Made by a program: the position numbers and the translations under genes. The notes under the pieces were generated by a model, which was not told where the DNA came from, searched no databases, and saw nothing but the letters and a program-made list of their open reading frames with translations. Below are positions 10,219-17,929 of a stretch of DNA of 32,000 nucleotides, in pieces (within the stretch, counting starts at the first letter, position 1; every line of letters begins with the position of its first letter). Source of the stretch: Phycisphaera mikurensis NBRC 102666 (lineage in GTDB: Bacteria; Planctomycetota; Phycisphaerae; Phycisphaerales; Phycisphaeraceae); NCBI RefSeq assembly GCF_000284115.1, contig NC_017080.1:1140001-1172000 (forward strand), in the 5' to 3' direction.

Positions 10219-10231
10219 TTTCCGCCGGAAA
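10219..10231. promoter_or_regulatory. Palindrome TTTCCGCCGGAAA nested in a CGGACCG...CGGTCCG inverted repeat (candidate regulator site)
   Basis: Perfect 6+1+6 palindrome 26 bp upstream of the ATG at 10257, in the divergent GH51-like/DUF5060 intergenic region. It is flanked by CGGACCG (10205-10211) and CGGTCCG (10238-10244). No cognate regulator is identified. Confidence 0.25.
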
Positions 10232-10256
10232 CGTCGACGGTCCGCGGAGGGTACAC

Positions 10257-12146
10257 ATGGACGGCAAACGATTACATTCGAGGATCCGCACCCGTTTCCT
10301 GCTCATGCACCGTTTCCTCCTCGCAGCGTTCACCACCTCCGCCACCCCACTCCTCCTCCTGCTGACGCTGACGCTCGCCGGACCCGCCGCCGCGAGCGAG
10401 CCGCCCGAAGCGGTCGCCCGCCGGCCGGTGACACTGGACTTCCCGGTGGAGGAAACGAGCGAGACCGCCGCCGACAACCCCTTCCTGAACCGCCGCTTGC
10501 AAGTGCGGTTCGAGAAGGACGGCGAGGCGTTCAGCGTCCCGGGCTTCTACGCCGCCGACGGCGACGCGGCCGAGACCGACGCCGACGCCGGCGGCGTCTA
10601 CCGCGTTCGCTTCACCCCGCCAGCGCCGGGGACCTGGCGCTACGAGGTCGCCTTTCGGCGGGGGCCGGGGGTCGCCATCGACGACGACCCGCGGGTGGGC
10701 GAGCCGGTCGCCCCGCACGACGGGACGGCCGGCACGCTCGCGGTCGCGCCCGCGCCCGCGGACGCCACCGGCTTCGCCGCCTCCGGCGGGCTGATCCACC
10801 CGCCGGGCCATTACGTCCACACCCGCGACGGCGGGCCGGTGCTGCTCTTCGGGCCCAACTCCCCGGAAAACTTCCTCGCCTACGAAGATTTCGACGGCAC
10901 GTCCTCGCACAACCCCGAGCGGCAGCTGGTCAAGAGCTGGGGCCCGCACGTGCGGGACTGGAACGAGGGCGACCCGACCTGGCGCGACGGGCTCGGCAAG
11001 GGCATCCTGGGCGCCCTCAACTACATCGCCGGCCAGGGCATGAACGTCGTCTACGTGATGACGCTCACGCTCGAGGGCGACGCCTCGGACGTGTGGCCGT
11101 TCATCGGCCCGGAGAAGGGCGACTTCACCCGCTTCGACGTGAGCAAGCTGGACCAGTGGGAGATCGTCTTCGCCCACGCCGAGCGCCTCGGCGTCGCGCT
11201 GGAGCTGATCCTCCAGGAGCAGGAGAACCAGATGCTGCTCGACGACGGCAACCTGGGACCGGAGCGGAAGCTGTACCTCCGCGAGCTGACCGCCCGCTTC
11301 GGCCACCTGCACAACCTCCTCTGGAACATCGGCGAGGAGAACGGCCCCGGCGGTGGCAGCTGGCCGCAGGGCCAGAACGACCAGCAGCGCCTGGCGATGA
11401 TCCGCTACTTGAAGGACAACGACCCCTACAAGCGGCCGGTCCTGATGCACACCTACTACACGGACAACGCGCAGCGGAACAACATCCTCGAGCCGCTGCT
11501 CCGGTACGACCGCTTCGATGGCATCTCGCTGCAGAGCGGGCGGATCGAGCCCGTTCACCACGACGTGAAGAAGTGGATCGACCTCTCGGCCAAGCGGAAG
11601 CGGCCCTGGATCGTGCTCATGGACGAGATCGGCCCGTGGCAGACCGGCACGCTCGAGGACGACCGCGACCCGGCGCACAACGCGCTGCGGCAGGACGTGC
11701 TCTGGGGGGCACTCACCGCCGGCGCCGGGGGCGTGCAGTGGTACTTCGGCTGGTTCAGCGAGAACACGGACCTGAACACCGAAGACTGGCGGACCCGCGA
11801 GAACATGTGGGAGCAGACGCTCGTCGCCCGCCGCTTCTTCGAGGACCTTCCCTTCACGGAGATGTCCTGCACCGACGAACTCGTCGACGCGGAACGGACC
11901 TGGTGCTTCAGCAAGCCCGGCGAGGTGTACGCCGTCTACCTCAAGGAGGGCGGCACGACCCGGTTGGACCTCCGGGAGGAAGACGGCACGTTCGAGGTCC
12001 GCTGGCTGAACCCGCGGACCGGCGGGGAGCTGCAGACCGGCACCGTCGAGACCGTCACCGGCGGCGACCGCGTGGAGCTGGGCTTCGCACCGGCGCAGAC
12101 CGACCGCGACTGGGCGGTGCGGGTCCGCCGCTCGCCCCCGCGGTAG
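10257..12146 (+). CDS. Secreted DUF5060-domain glycoside hydrolase (GH5-like/DUF4038-type TIM barrel with collagen-binding-like C-terminal domain)
   Basis: I trimmed the ORF from 9669. The ATG at 10257 (or 10305, MHRFLLAAFTTS...) gives a signal peptide. VTLDFPVEETSETAADNPFLNRRLQVRFEKDGEAFSVPGFYAADG matches the DUF5060 pattern. WNIGEENG and IVLMDEIGPW are candidate acid/base and nucleophile blocks. The C-terminal EVRWLNPRTGGELQTG resembles the WxxPxTGE pattern of the putative collagen-binding domain seen in GH140-type proteins. Confidence 0.6.
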   Translation: MDGKRLHSRIRTRFLLMHRFLLAAFTTSATPLLLLLTLTLAGPAAASEPPEAVARRPVTLDFPVEETSETAADNPFLNRRLQVRFEKDGEAFSVPGFYAADGDAAETDADAGGVYRVRFTPPAPGTWRYEVAFRRGPGVAIDDDPRVGEPVAPHDGTAGTLAVAPAPADATGFAASGGLIHPPGHYVHTRDGGPVLLFGPNSPENFLAYEDFDGTSSHNPERQLVKSWGPHVRDWNEGDPTWRDGLGKGILGALNYIAGQGMNVVYVMTLTLEGDASDVWPFIGPEKGDFTRFDVSKLDQWEIVFAHAERLGVALELILQEQENQMLLDDGNLGPERKLYLRELTARFGHLHNLLWNIGEENGPGGGSWPQGQNDQQRLAMIRYLKDNDPYKRPVLMHTYYTDNAQRNNILEPLLRYDRFDGISLQSGRIEPVHHDVKKWIDLSAKRKRPWIVLMDEIGPWQTGTLEDDRDPAHNALRQDVLWGALTAGAGGVQWYFGWFSENTDLNTEDWRTRENMWEQTLVARRFFEDLPFTEMSCTDELVDAERTWCFSKPGEVYAVYLKEGGTTRLDLREEDGTFEVRWLNPRTGGELQTGTVETVTGGDRVELGFAPAQTDRDWAVRVRRSPPR

Positions 12147-12260
12147 GAACGCGGCCTCCGCCGCTCCACGCCCCGCGCGGGGGCGGGAGCACCCCGCAAA
12201 GGTGCCGGACGCTCCGGCGGTCTCTCCGGGCCGGTCGCGGCGCGGGGCTCCACGCCGGCC

Positions 12261-13019
12261 TCACGCCTTCCGCGGCTGGCACGCCGGGCACCAGTGGCTC
12301 TTGCGCTGGAGCTCGCCGATCTCTTGCTTGCTCACCGGTCCGCCGCAGGCGGGGCAGGTTCTGCGACCGTAAAGCTGCATGCTCGGCTGGATGTGCCGGC
12401 CGGCCCGGTACTCGCCGAGGAAGTGCCTCGAGAACGCGGCGGCCTCCCGCATCAAGCGCAGCCCGCTTGCACGCGGGATGGCGCCCACCGCGTCGAGCGG
12501 GCTGACGCGGGCCCGGAACATCGCCTCGTTCTTGATCTTGTTGCCCAGGCCGGGGAAGAGGTCCTGGTCCAGCAGCGCGTCGCCGAGGATCGCGTCGGGC
12601 AGCGCCTTCGCCGCGGCGTCCCAGCCGCGGGCGGGGCGGAAGCGCGGGTCGAGCATGTCGCGGGTGACGGGCACGCGGCCGTCGTCCATCTCCCCGGCCG
12701 TCGCGGCGCGCGCCGCACCGAGGTACACGTCGACCCGGTCACGCTCGAAGCCCAGCCGCAGCGTCAGCGTCTTCCCGGGCCGGTCCTCGTTGATGCGCAC
12801 GTCGCCGAACATCAGGCAGTGCACGCGGATCACCACGTCGTCGACGCTCCGGAAGCGGAAGAACAGCAGCTTCCCCGCCGGCACCACCTCCGCGAGCGTG
12901 CGGCCGACGAAGCGTTCCGGCTCCACCGCCCCCGCCCGCTCGCCCTCCACGGCCTCGAGCCGCTGCCCGATCACCCGCTGCAGGTTCTCGGCGAAGAAGC
13001 GGATGCCCGGACCTTCCAT
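12261..13019 (-). CDS. Fpg/Nei-family DNA glycosylase/AP lyase (endonuclease VIII-like), atypical N-terminus
   Basis: I trimmed the ORF to the ATG at 13019 (MEGPGIRFFAENL). The GKLLFFRF lysine block, the H2TH segment LLDQDLFPGLGNKIKNEAMFRARVSP and the C-terminal zinc finger CPACGGPVSKQEIGELQRKSHWCPAC are all present. The N-terminus aligns with Nei MPEGPEIRR but lacks Pro2. Confidence 0.8.
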   Translation of the reverse strand: MEGPGIRFFAENLQRVIGQRLEAVEGERAGAVEPERFVGRTLAEVVPAGKLLFFRFRSVDDVVIRVHCLMFGDVRINEDRPGKTLTLRLGFERDRVDVYLGAARAATAGEMDDGRVPVTRDMLDPRFRPARGWDAAAKALPDAILGDALLDQDLFPGLGNKIKNEAMFRARVSPLDAVGAIPRASGLRLMREAAAFSRHFLGEYRAGRHIQPSMQLYGRRTCPACGGPVSKQEIGELQRKSHWCPACQPRKA

Positions 13020-13083
13020 GGCCGACGCTAAGCGGCAGGGATCCGAGCGGGCGCCACCCCAAAACCGAACGCGTAACCCGCAG

Positions 13084-13102
13084 GGCAGGTCGGCGACCTG
13101 CC
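13084..13102. repeat. 19-bp palindromic element GGCAGGTCGGCGACCTGCC (REP-like), copy 1
   Basis: Perfect 9+1+9 palindrome. It is the exact reverse complement of the copy at 13183-13201 (central G versus C). It is followed by GGCCGGCAGCGTCGCCTC, which recurs as GGCCGGCAGCGTGGCCTC at about 13246-13263. Confidence 0.8.
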
Positions 13103-13162
13103 ACGCCGGCCGCAGGCCGGCAGCGTCGCCTCGTTCGCGAGGGGGTTCGCGGGGAATCACGC

Positions 13163-13201
13163 TTGAGCCCTCCGGGCTCAACGGCAGGTCGCCGACCTGC
13201 C
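13163..13201 (-). terminator. Tandem GC-rich hairpins downstream of the 13264-15054 gene (candidate terminator without U-tract)
   Basis: On the minus strand the 19-bp palindrome is followed immediately by TTGAGCCC-GGA-GGGCTCAA (13163-13181, 8-bp stem). No clear U-run follows, so function is uncertain. Confidence 0.3.
13183..13201. repeat. 19-bp palindromic element GGCAGGTCGCCGACCTGCC (REP-like), copy 2
   Basis: Read directly from the sequence. It lies 99 bp from copy 1, in the intergenic region between the clan GH-A hydrolase stop (13264) and the Fpg/Nei start (13019). Confidence 0.8.
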
Positions 13202-13263
13202 CTACGGACGGCGGATTCGACCCCCGGAGCCGCAGCGCGCGGCCGCGGGCCGGCAGCGTGGCC

Positions 13264-15054
13264 TCACTCGTACGCGATGTCGTCGAGGAAGAAGCGCACC
13301 GGCCGGCCCCGGCCCTCGACGGCGAAGAGGAAGCCGGTCTTGATCCGCGAGAGGTCGGCGCCGGCGAGGTCCAGCTCGTAGCGCTTCCACGCGTCGGTGA
13401 GGGTGACCGTGGTCTCGGCGGAGCCCGTGTCGGGGTGCGGCTTGTCGGCGCCGAGCACGCCGAGGCCGAACTTCACCCGCTCGCCGCCGCGGGCGCCGCG
13501 GGCCCACCACGAGAGCGTCGTGGCGGGTCGGAGGTCGTGCCCGCCCGGCAGGTCGCCCCAGTCGTTGGCGGGGTGCTGCCAGACGACGCCGCCCCAGCCG
13601 GAGGCCCCGGTGAAGCTCGCGACGAGGCAGGTCTCACCGGTTCTTGGAGCCTCCCGGCTGACCTCCAGCGTGGTGGCGGCCACGTCGCCCATGAAGCCCG
13701 ACGGCGTCCAGGGGGCGGCGGCTCCTTCGGGGTCCACGCGGAAGGGCAGGTCGGCCCCGCCGCCGGCCAGCGGCTCCGGCGGCACGCGCACGAGGACCGG
13801 CACGTTGGCGGTCGCGGCGTGGCCGGCGGGGTCGCGGGCGTACGCGAACAGCCGGTAGGCGCCCGGTTTCTCCGGCAGGCGGAGCGTCGCGGAATCCGCG
13901 GACCGTGACGTGAAAACGCCCGAAACCTCCGCGGTCCGCGGCTCGAAGTCGCCGCCCACGCCGTCGCCGGCGGAGGCCTCGCGGAGGACCCACGCGACCT
14001 CCAGCGGCTCGCCCTCGGGGTCGGTCGCCTCGAGGTCCGCAACGAGCGTCGCGCCCGGTGCGGCGACCACGTCGCCGTCGAGCGTCAGCCCGGACACCGC
14101 CGGCGCCAGGTCGGCCGGTGCGTCGCCGGACCACAGCCGGGTCATGGTGTCGACGGCCGCGGTCCTGGAGCCGTCGGCCAGGAACATGCCGTACCAGGTG
14201 TCGGTGGTCTCCTGCTTGTCGCCCCAGAGGAAGGCGTAGGTGCCCAGGCAGGTGTCGGGATGTCCGTTCACGCTCGCCTCGTACCCGCGGCGGTAGAAGT
14301 CGGCCTTCTGCGTGGAGGTCTGCTCGACGGGCGTGCCCCAGGCGGCCTTGCCGACCTCCCAGTGGCCCAGCGGCCCGTGCTCGGTGAGCGCCCACGGCTT
14401 GCCGACGGCGGGCTCGACGGCGGCGTAGCGGTCGCCGACGTTGATCGCGCCGCCGTAGGAGTTGATGCCGACGACGTCGACCGCCGGGCACAGGTCGCGG
14501 ATCTTCTCGGCCTTGATCGCCCCCGGGCCGAGGTCGGCGATCACCGTCATCGTCGGGTGGTCCGGGTCCATCGCCTTGAGCGCGGCGGCGAGGTCGTTGA
14601 CCGCGGCGTAGACCGCGTCGCGAGCGCCCGCCCCCTCCATCTCGTTGCCCACGCCCCACATCAGCACCGCCGGATGATCCATCAGCGACCGGGCCTGCGC
14701 CAGCAGCTCGTCGTGCTGTTCCTTCACGAACGCCGGGTCGTCGTACGAGTGCCCGTGCCGCTCGTGCTCCATCCACAGGCCGACGGTGACGGAGAGCCCC
14801 AGCGCGTGCGCCTCGTCCAGCAGCGGCCGGGTCGTGGCGTCGACGCCCCAGGTGCGCAGCGAGTTTGCACCCGCCGCGGCGAGCTCGGCCAGACGCGTCG
14901 TGCCGCCGACGCCCCGGATCGCGTACGGCTCGCCGTCGCGGAGCAGGGTGAAGCCGCCGTCGGCTTCGGTGATCGTGGTCGGCGTGGGCGCGGCGTGGGC
15001 GGGAGCGGCCGCGAGCACGGCAGCGGCGAGCAGCGGGGCGAGGCGGCGGAGCAT
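13264..15054 (-). CDS. Secreted clan GH-A (GH2/GH5-like TIM barrel) glycoside hydrolase with Ig-like and CBM-like C-terminal domains
   Basis: 596-aa ORF with signal peptide MLRRLAPLLAAAVLAAAPAHA. DHPAVLMWGVGNEMEG supplies the acid/base NE and KPWALTEHGP a candidate nucleophile. The C-terminal ~150 aa (VVWQHPANDWGDL...PVRFFLDDIAYE) look like a beta-sandwich carbohydrate-binding module. I cannot assign the exact GH family by eye. Confidence 0.55.
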   Translation of the reverse strand: MLRRLAPLLAAAVLAAAPAHAAPTPTTITEADGGFTLLRDGEPYAIRGVGGTTRLAELAAAGANSLRTWGVDATTRPLLDEAHALGLSVTVGLWMEHERHGHSYDDPAFVKEQHDELLAQARSLMDHPAVLMWGVGNEMEGAGARDAVYAAVNDLAAALKAMDPDHPTMTVIADLGPGAIKAEKIRDLCPAVDVVGINSYGGAINVGDRYAAVEPAVGKPWALTEHGPLGHWEVGKAAWGTPVEQTSTQKADFYRRGYEASVNGHPDTCLGTYAFLWGDKQETTDTWYGMFLADGSRTAAVDTMTRLWSGDAPADLAPAVSGLTLDGDVVAAPGATLVADLEATDPEGEPLEVAWVLREASAGDGVGGDFEPRTAEVSGVFTSRSADSATLRLPEKPGAYRLFAYARDPAGHAATANVPVLVRVPPEPLAGGGADLPFRVDPEGAAAPWTPSGFMGDVAATTLEVSREAPRTGETCLVASFTGASGWGGVVWQHPANDWGDLPGGHDLRPATTLSWWARGARGGERVKFGLGVLGADKPHPDTGSAETTVTLTDAWKRYELDLAGADLSRIKTGFLFAVEGRGRPVRFFLDDIAYE

Positions 15055-15105
15055 GGCGGCGGTGCGTGGGGAGGGGAGGGCCAGGTGGAGGCGAAGCCCG
15101 CGGGC

Positions 15106-15900
15106 TCAGGGCATCTCGGGGAAGGTGTCCAGCCGGACGTTGGCGAGCAGCAGCTGGCCCTGCCGCTCGGTGGAGGCGTGGCCGTCCATGAAGAGGACGT
15201 TGGCCGCTTCGTCGCCGGCGTGCCGCCAGCGGAGGTGGCCCCTCGCGGCGAAGACGTCCTCGTTGGGGCCGATCGGCAGCGGATCGGCGTTCGTGGCGTC
15301 GCCCTTGCGGAAGACCCAGGCGGGCAGGTTGGCGAGTGGCAGCATGCTGAACGCATTGGCCACCGCGTCGCCGTTGGCTTCCGATTGCGGCCCGTCGGCG
15401 TTCAAAAGGATCTCCGACGGCCGGCGCTGGCTGTCCCAGGTCACGCGCTCGTCCGGGGCACCCCAGCCCAGGGTCGGCACGAGGATCGGGTGGGCGCTGT
15501 ACGTCTTGGTGCCGGCCTCGATGGCCGACGACGGGCACCGCATGACCGGGCTCTCGGCGTTGCCGCCGGAGGTGTACGTCTTGGTGGATCCCTCGAAGTA
15601 GCCGGAGATGCTGAGCATCCAGTCGGCCTGCTCGTAGTTGCCGCTGCCGGGCGGGTTCTCGATCGAGTAGTACGCGTACGGGTACTCGTCGCGGTTGTCC
15701 ATCGCGTAGCCCATGAAGCCGATGCCGTGCTGCCGCTCGTTGGCGAGGCACTGCATCGTCTTGGCGGAGGCGCGGGCGGCGTTGAGCGCCGGCAGGAGGA
15801 TGCCGATGAGCAGCGCGATGATGGAGATGACGACGAGCAGCTCGATGAGCGTGAAGCCGGAGCCGCGTGTGCGGGGGTGGGTGCGGGGCAGGGGGAGCAT
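15106..15900 (-). CDS. Prepilin-type N-terminal cleavage/methylation domain protein, DUF1559 / H-X9-DG-like family
   Basis: I trimmed the ORF to the ATG at 15900 (MLPLPRTHPRTRGSG|[24 protein letters not shown]). The 25-aa pilin-like helix is identical to that of 7306-8229 but is encoded with synonymous differences. The C-terminal RHAGDEAANVLFMDGHAS is H-X9-DG-like. Confidence 0.85.
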   Translation of the reverse strand: MLPLPRTHPRTRGSGFTLIELLVVISIIALLIGILLPALNAARASAKTMQCLANERQHGIGFMGYAMDNRDEYPYAYYSIENPPGSGNYEQADWMLSISGYFEGSTKTYTSGGNAESPVMRCPSSAIEAGTKTYSAHPILVPTLGWGAPDERVTWDSQRRPSEILLNADGPQSEANGDAVANAFSMLPLANLPAWVFRKGDATNADPLPIGPNEDVFAARGHLRWRHAGDEAANVLFMDGHASTERQGQLLLANVRLDTFPEMP

Positions 15901-15989
15901 GGGACGAATCCGAGGTGAGGCGTGCGGGGGGAAGGCTCCGGGCCGCCGTCGGGCGGCCGCCGGAGAGCGTGGGAGAACGAGCGGCCGGG

Positions 15990-16757
15990 TCAGCGACGCC
16001 GCCGCAGCAGCAGGCCGCTCGCCGCGGCGAGCAGCACCGCGGAGGCGGGCTCGGGGATCGCGGCGACGTCCGCGACGAAGACGATGTTGTCGTAATCGAC
16101 GGCGGATCCCTCGAAGTCCGAGGAGGTGTTGCGGAAGCCGAACTGGAGGATCTGGCCCTGCAGCGCAGCGTCCGTCAGGTCGAGCGTCAGCATCCCGGAG
16201 ACCGGGGCGGCGGCCGGGGTGTTCGTGGTGTCGACGGCGAGGTCGTTGGTGGCGGCGAAGCCGTTGTTGGGATCGAGCGTGATGAGGAACGCCTCGGTGA
16301 AGGCGTCGCCGGTGGGCGGGCTGCTGTTGCCCTGCGCGAGCCAGCTGAACGAGACGGTGTTGCCGATGTCCGCGGCGCCGATGATCTGCTCTTGGAACAG
16401 GCTGAGGCGCAGGTCCCGGTTGTCGTTGGGATCGTTGTGGGAGCCGTTCCCGTAGGCGCTGAAGTAGACGAGACCCTGGTCGCCGGCCGGCGGGTTCCCG
16501 CCGGAGGCGCTGTCGCTGATCACCGAGATGTCGGGGCTGGTGATGTTGTTGGGGGCGCCGAAGACGCCGAAGGTGTACGAGGTGGAGCCGTCGGGGTTGA
16601 TGCCGGCGCCGAAGATCTTGAAGCCGTCGTTGGCGAGCGCGTCGGGGTTGGTTCGATCGAGGGCCTCGAAGTCCTGGCTGTAGTCCGCCAGCTGGGCGGA
16701 GGCCGGAGCGGCCGCGAGAGCGACGGCGGTGAGGAGAACGGGGGTGTGGCGAAGCAT
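15990..16757 (-). CDS. PEP-CTERM-anchored secreted protein with lectin/CBM-like beta-sandwich
   Basis: Signal peptide MLRHTPVLLTAVALAAAPASA. The C-terminal IPEPASAVLLAAASGLLLRRRR is a PEP motif, TM helix and Arg cluster. The body has a beta-rich pattern (SFSWLAQG, LQFGFRN, VDYDNIVF). GGAGG lies 9 nt upstream of the ATG. Confidence 0.8.
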   Translation of the reverse strand: MLRHTPVLLTAVALAAAPASAQLADYSQDFEALDRTNPDALANDGFKIFGAGINPDGSTSYTFGVFGAPNNITSPDISVISDSASGGNPPAGDQGLVYFSAYGNGSHNDPNDNRDLRLSLFQEQIIGAADIGNTVSFSWLAQGNSSPPTGDAFTEAFLITLDPNNGFAATNDLAVDTTNTPAAAPVSGMLTLDLTDAALQGQILQFGFRNTSSDFEGSAVDYDNIVFVADVAAIPEPASAVLLAAASGLLLRRRR

Positions 16758-16863
16758 GGCGAAAGCCTCCAGGGGTGAGCCTCACAGAAGAGGCGGTTGG
16801 CGATCCGGCCGAACGGCCGGCAGAAAGACACGAAAACGGGGGAAGCGGCGGCGGGGTCTGCGG

Positions 16864-17862
16864 TCAGCCAGCCGGCGACGCCGCGCACGAGCGGTGGACC
16901 TCCAGCCAGGCCTCGTGCGTGCGGGACAGCGGCTCGTCGGCGCCGTCGACCAGCTCGTCGAGCAGGGCGACGGCGTCTTCGCCGAGGGCTTTGGCGTTCT
17001 GGCAGACGCAGGTCATCTCCGGCGAGAGCAGGTGGCGCAGCTCGCCGTCGTCGAAGCCCATGACCGACATGTCCTCGGGCACGCGGATGCCGTTGTTGGG
17101 CAGCTCCTGGAGCAGCCCGGCGCAGGTCATCGGGTCGAGCACGAAGAGGGCGGTGGGCTTGTCGGGCAGGGCCGCGATGCGGCGGGCCAGCTGCACGCCG
17201 CCTTCGCGGTGGGCGGGCGTCCGCAGCAGCGGCTGGGCCTGCGGGTCGAGCCCGGCGGCCTTGAGGGCTTCCGCGAAGCCCAGCGCCCGGTCGGCGTGGT
17301 CGGTGTCGTCGATGACGTTGGTGCACAGCGCGAAGCGGCGGTGGCCCAGGTGCAGCAGGTGCTCGGCGGCTTGGCGGCTGGCGGCGCGGCTGGAGCACTG
17401 GACCGACTTCACCGTCGGCGCGTCGAAGCGCTCGCCGGCGACGACCGCCGGGAAGCGCTCGCGGGCGATCTCCTCGCAGACGTGCAGCGTCCGGGCGGTC
17501 GTGCGGACGACCGCTCCGCGGACGCCCTTGCGGAGGAACAGCTGCGTGAGGCTCTCGCCGCTGCGGCGGCTGTGCTGGGCGTGCAGAAGGAGCAGGTCGA
17601 GGTCTCGCTCACGCAGCCGCTCGGCGACGCCGGAGAGCAGGGCGGAATCGAACGGCGAGCCGAGGCTCGACTCGTCGGTGTAGACGAAGGCGACGTTGGT
17701 GGTGCTCTTGAGCCCGACCGCCGGCCGGTAATCCATCTCGGCGACCATGGCCATCACCTTGTCCCGGGTGGAGGGCTCCACGCCCGGGTTGTTGTTGAGC
17801 ACCCGCGACACGGTCGCGGTGGAGACGCCGGCGAGCCGGGCGATGGAGCGGACGGAGGCCAT
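16864..17862 (-). CDS. LacI-family transcriptional regulator (LacI-2)
   Basis: N-terminal HTH MASVRSIARLAGVSTATVSRVLNNNPGVEPSTRDKVMAMVAEMDYRP, followed by a sugar-binding core. Confidence 0.85.
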   Translation of the reverse strand: MASVRSIARLAGVSTATVSRVLNNNPGVEPSTRDKVMAMVAEMDYRPAVGLKSTTNVAFVYTDESSLGSPFDSALLSGVAERLRERDLDLLLLHAQHSRRSGESLTQLFLRKGVRGAVVRTTARTLHVCEEIARERFPAVVAGERFDAPTVKSVQCSSRAASRQAAEHLLHLGHRRFALCTNVIDDTDHADRALGFAEALKAAGLDPQAQPLLRTPAHREGGVQLARRIAALPDKPTALFVLDPMTCAGLLQELPNNGIRVPEDMSVMGFDDGELRHLLSPEMTCVCQNAKALGEDAVALLDELVDGADEPLSRTHEAWLEVHRSCAASPAG

Positions 17863-17916
17863 GGGCGGTGCCGGTGGAGAGGAGAGAGGCTCTGAAACGA
17901 AGAGGTGTCACAGCTA

Positions 17917-17929
17917 TGTAACTGTTACA
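17917..17929. promoter_or_regulatory. Palindrome TGTAACTGTTACA in an AT-richer patch upstream of LacI-2 (candidate operator/promoter region)
   Basis: Perfect 6+1+6 palindrome 55 bp upstream of the LacI-2 start. On the minus strand it sits between TTAGAC and TACATA (weak -35/-10 candidates). The odd spacing is atypical for LacI sites, which are usually CG-centred with even length. Confidence 0.3.

Noticed and set aside
12147-12260. GC-only palindrome CCCCGCGCGGGG between the convergent DUF5060 and Fpg/Nei genes, as a specific regulatory site
   Set aside because: It is short and made only of G and C, so it is expected by chance at this base composition. At most it is a generic terminator hairpin.
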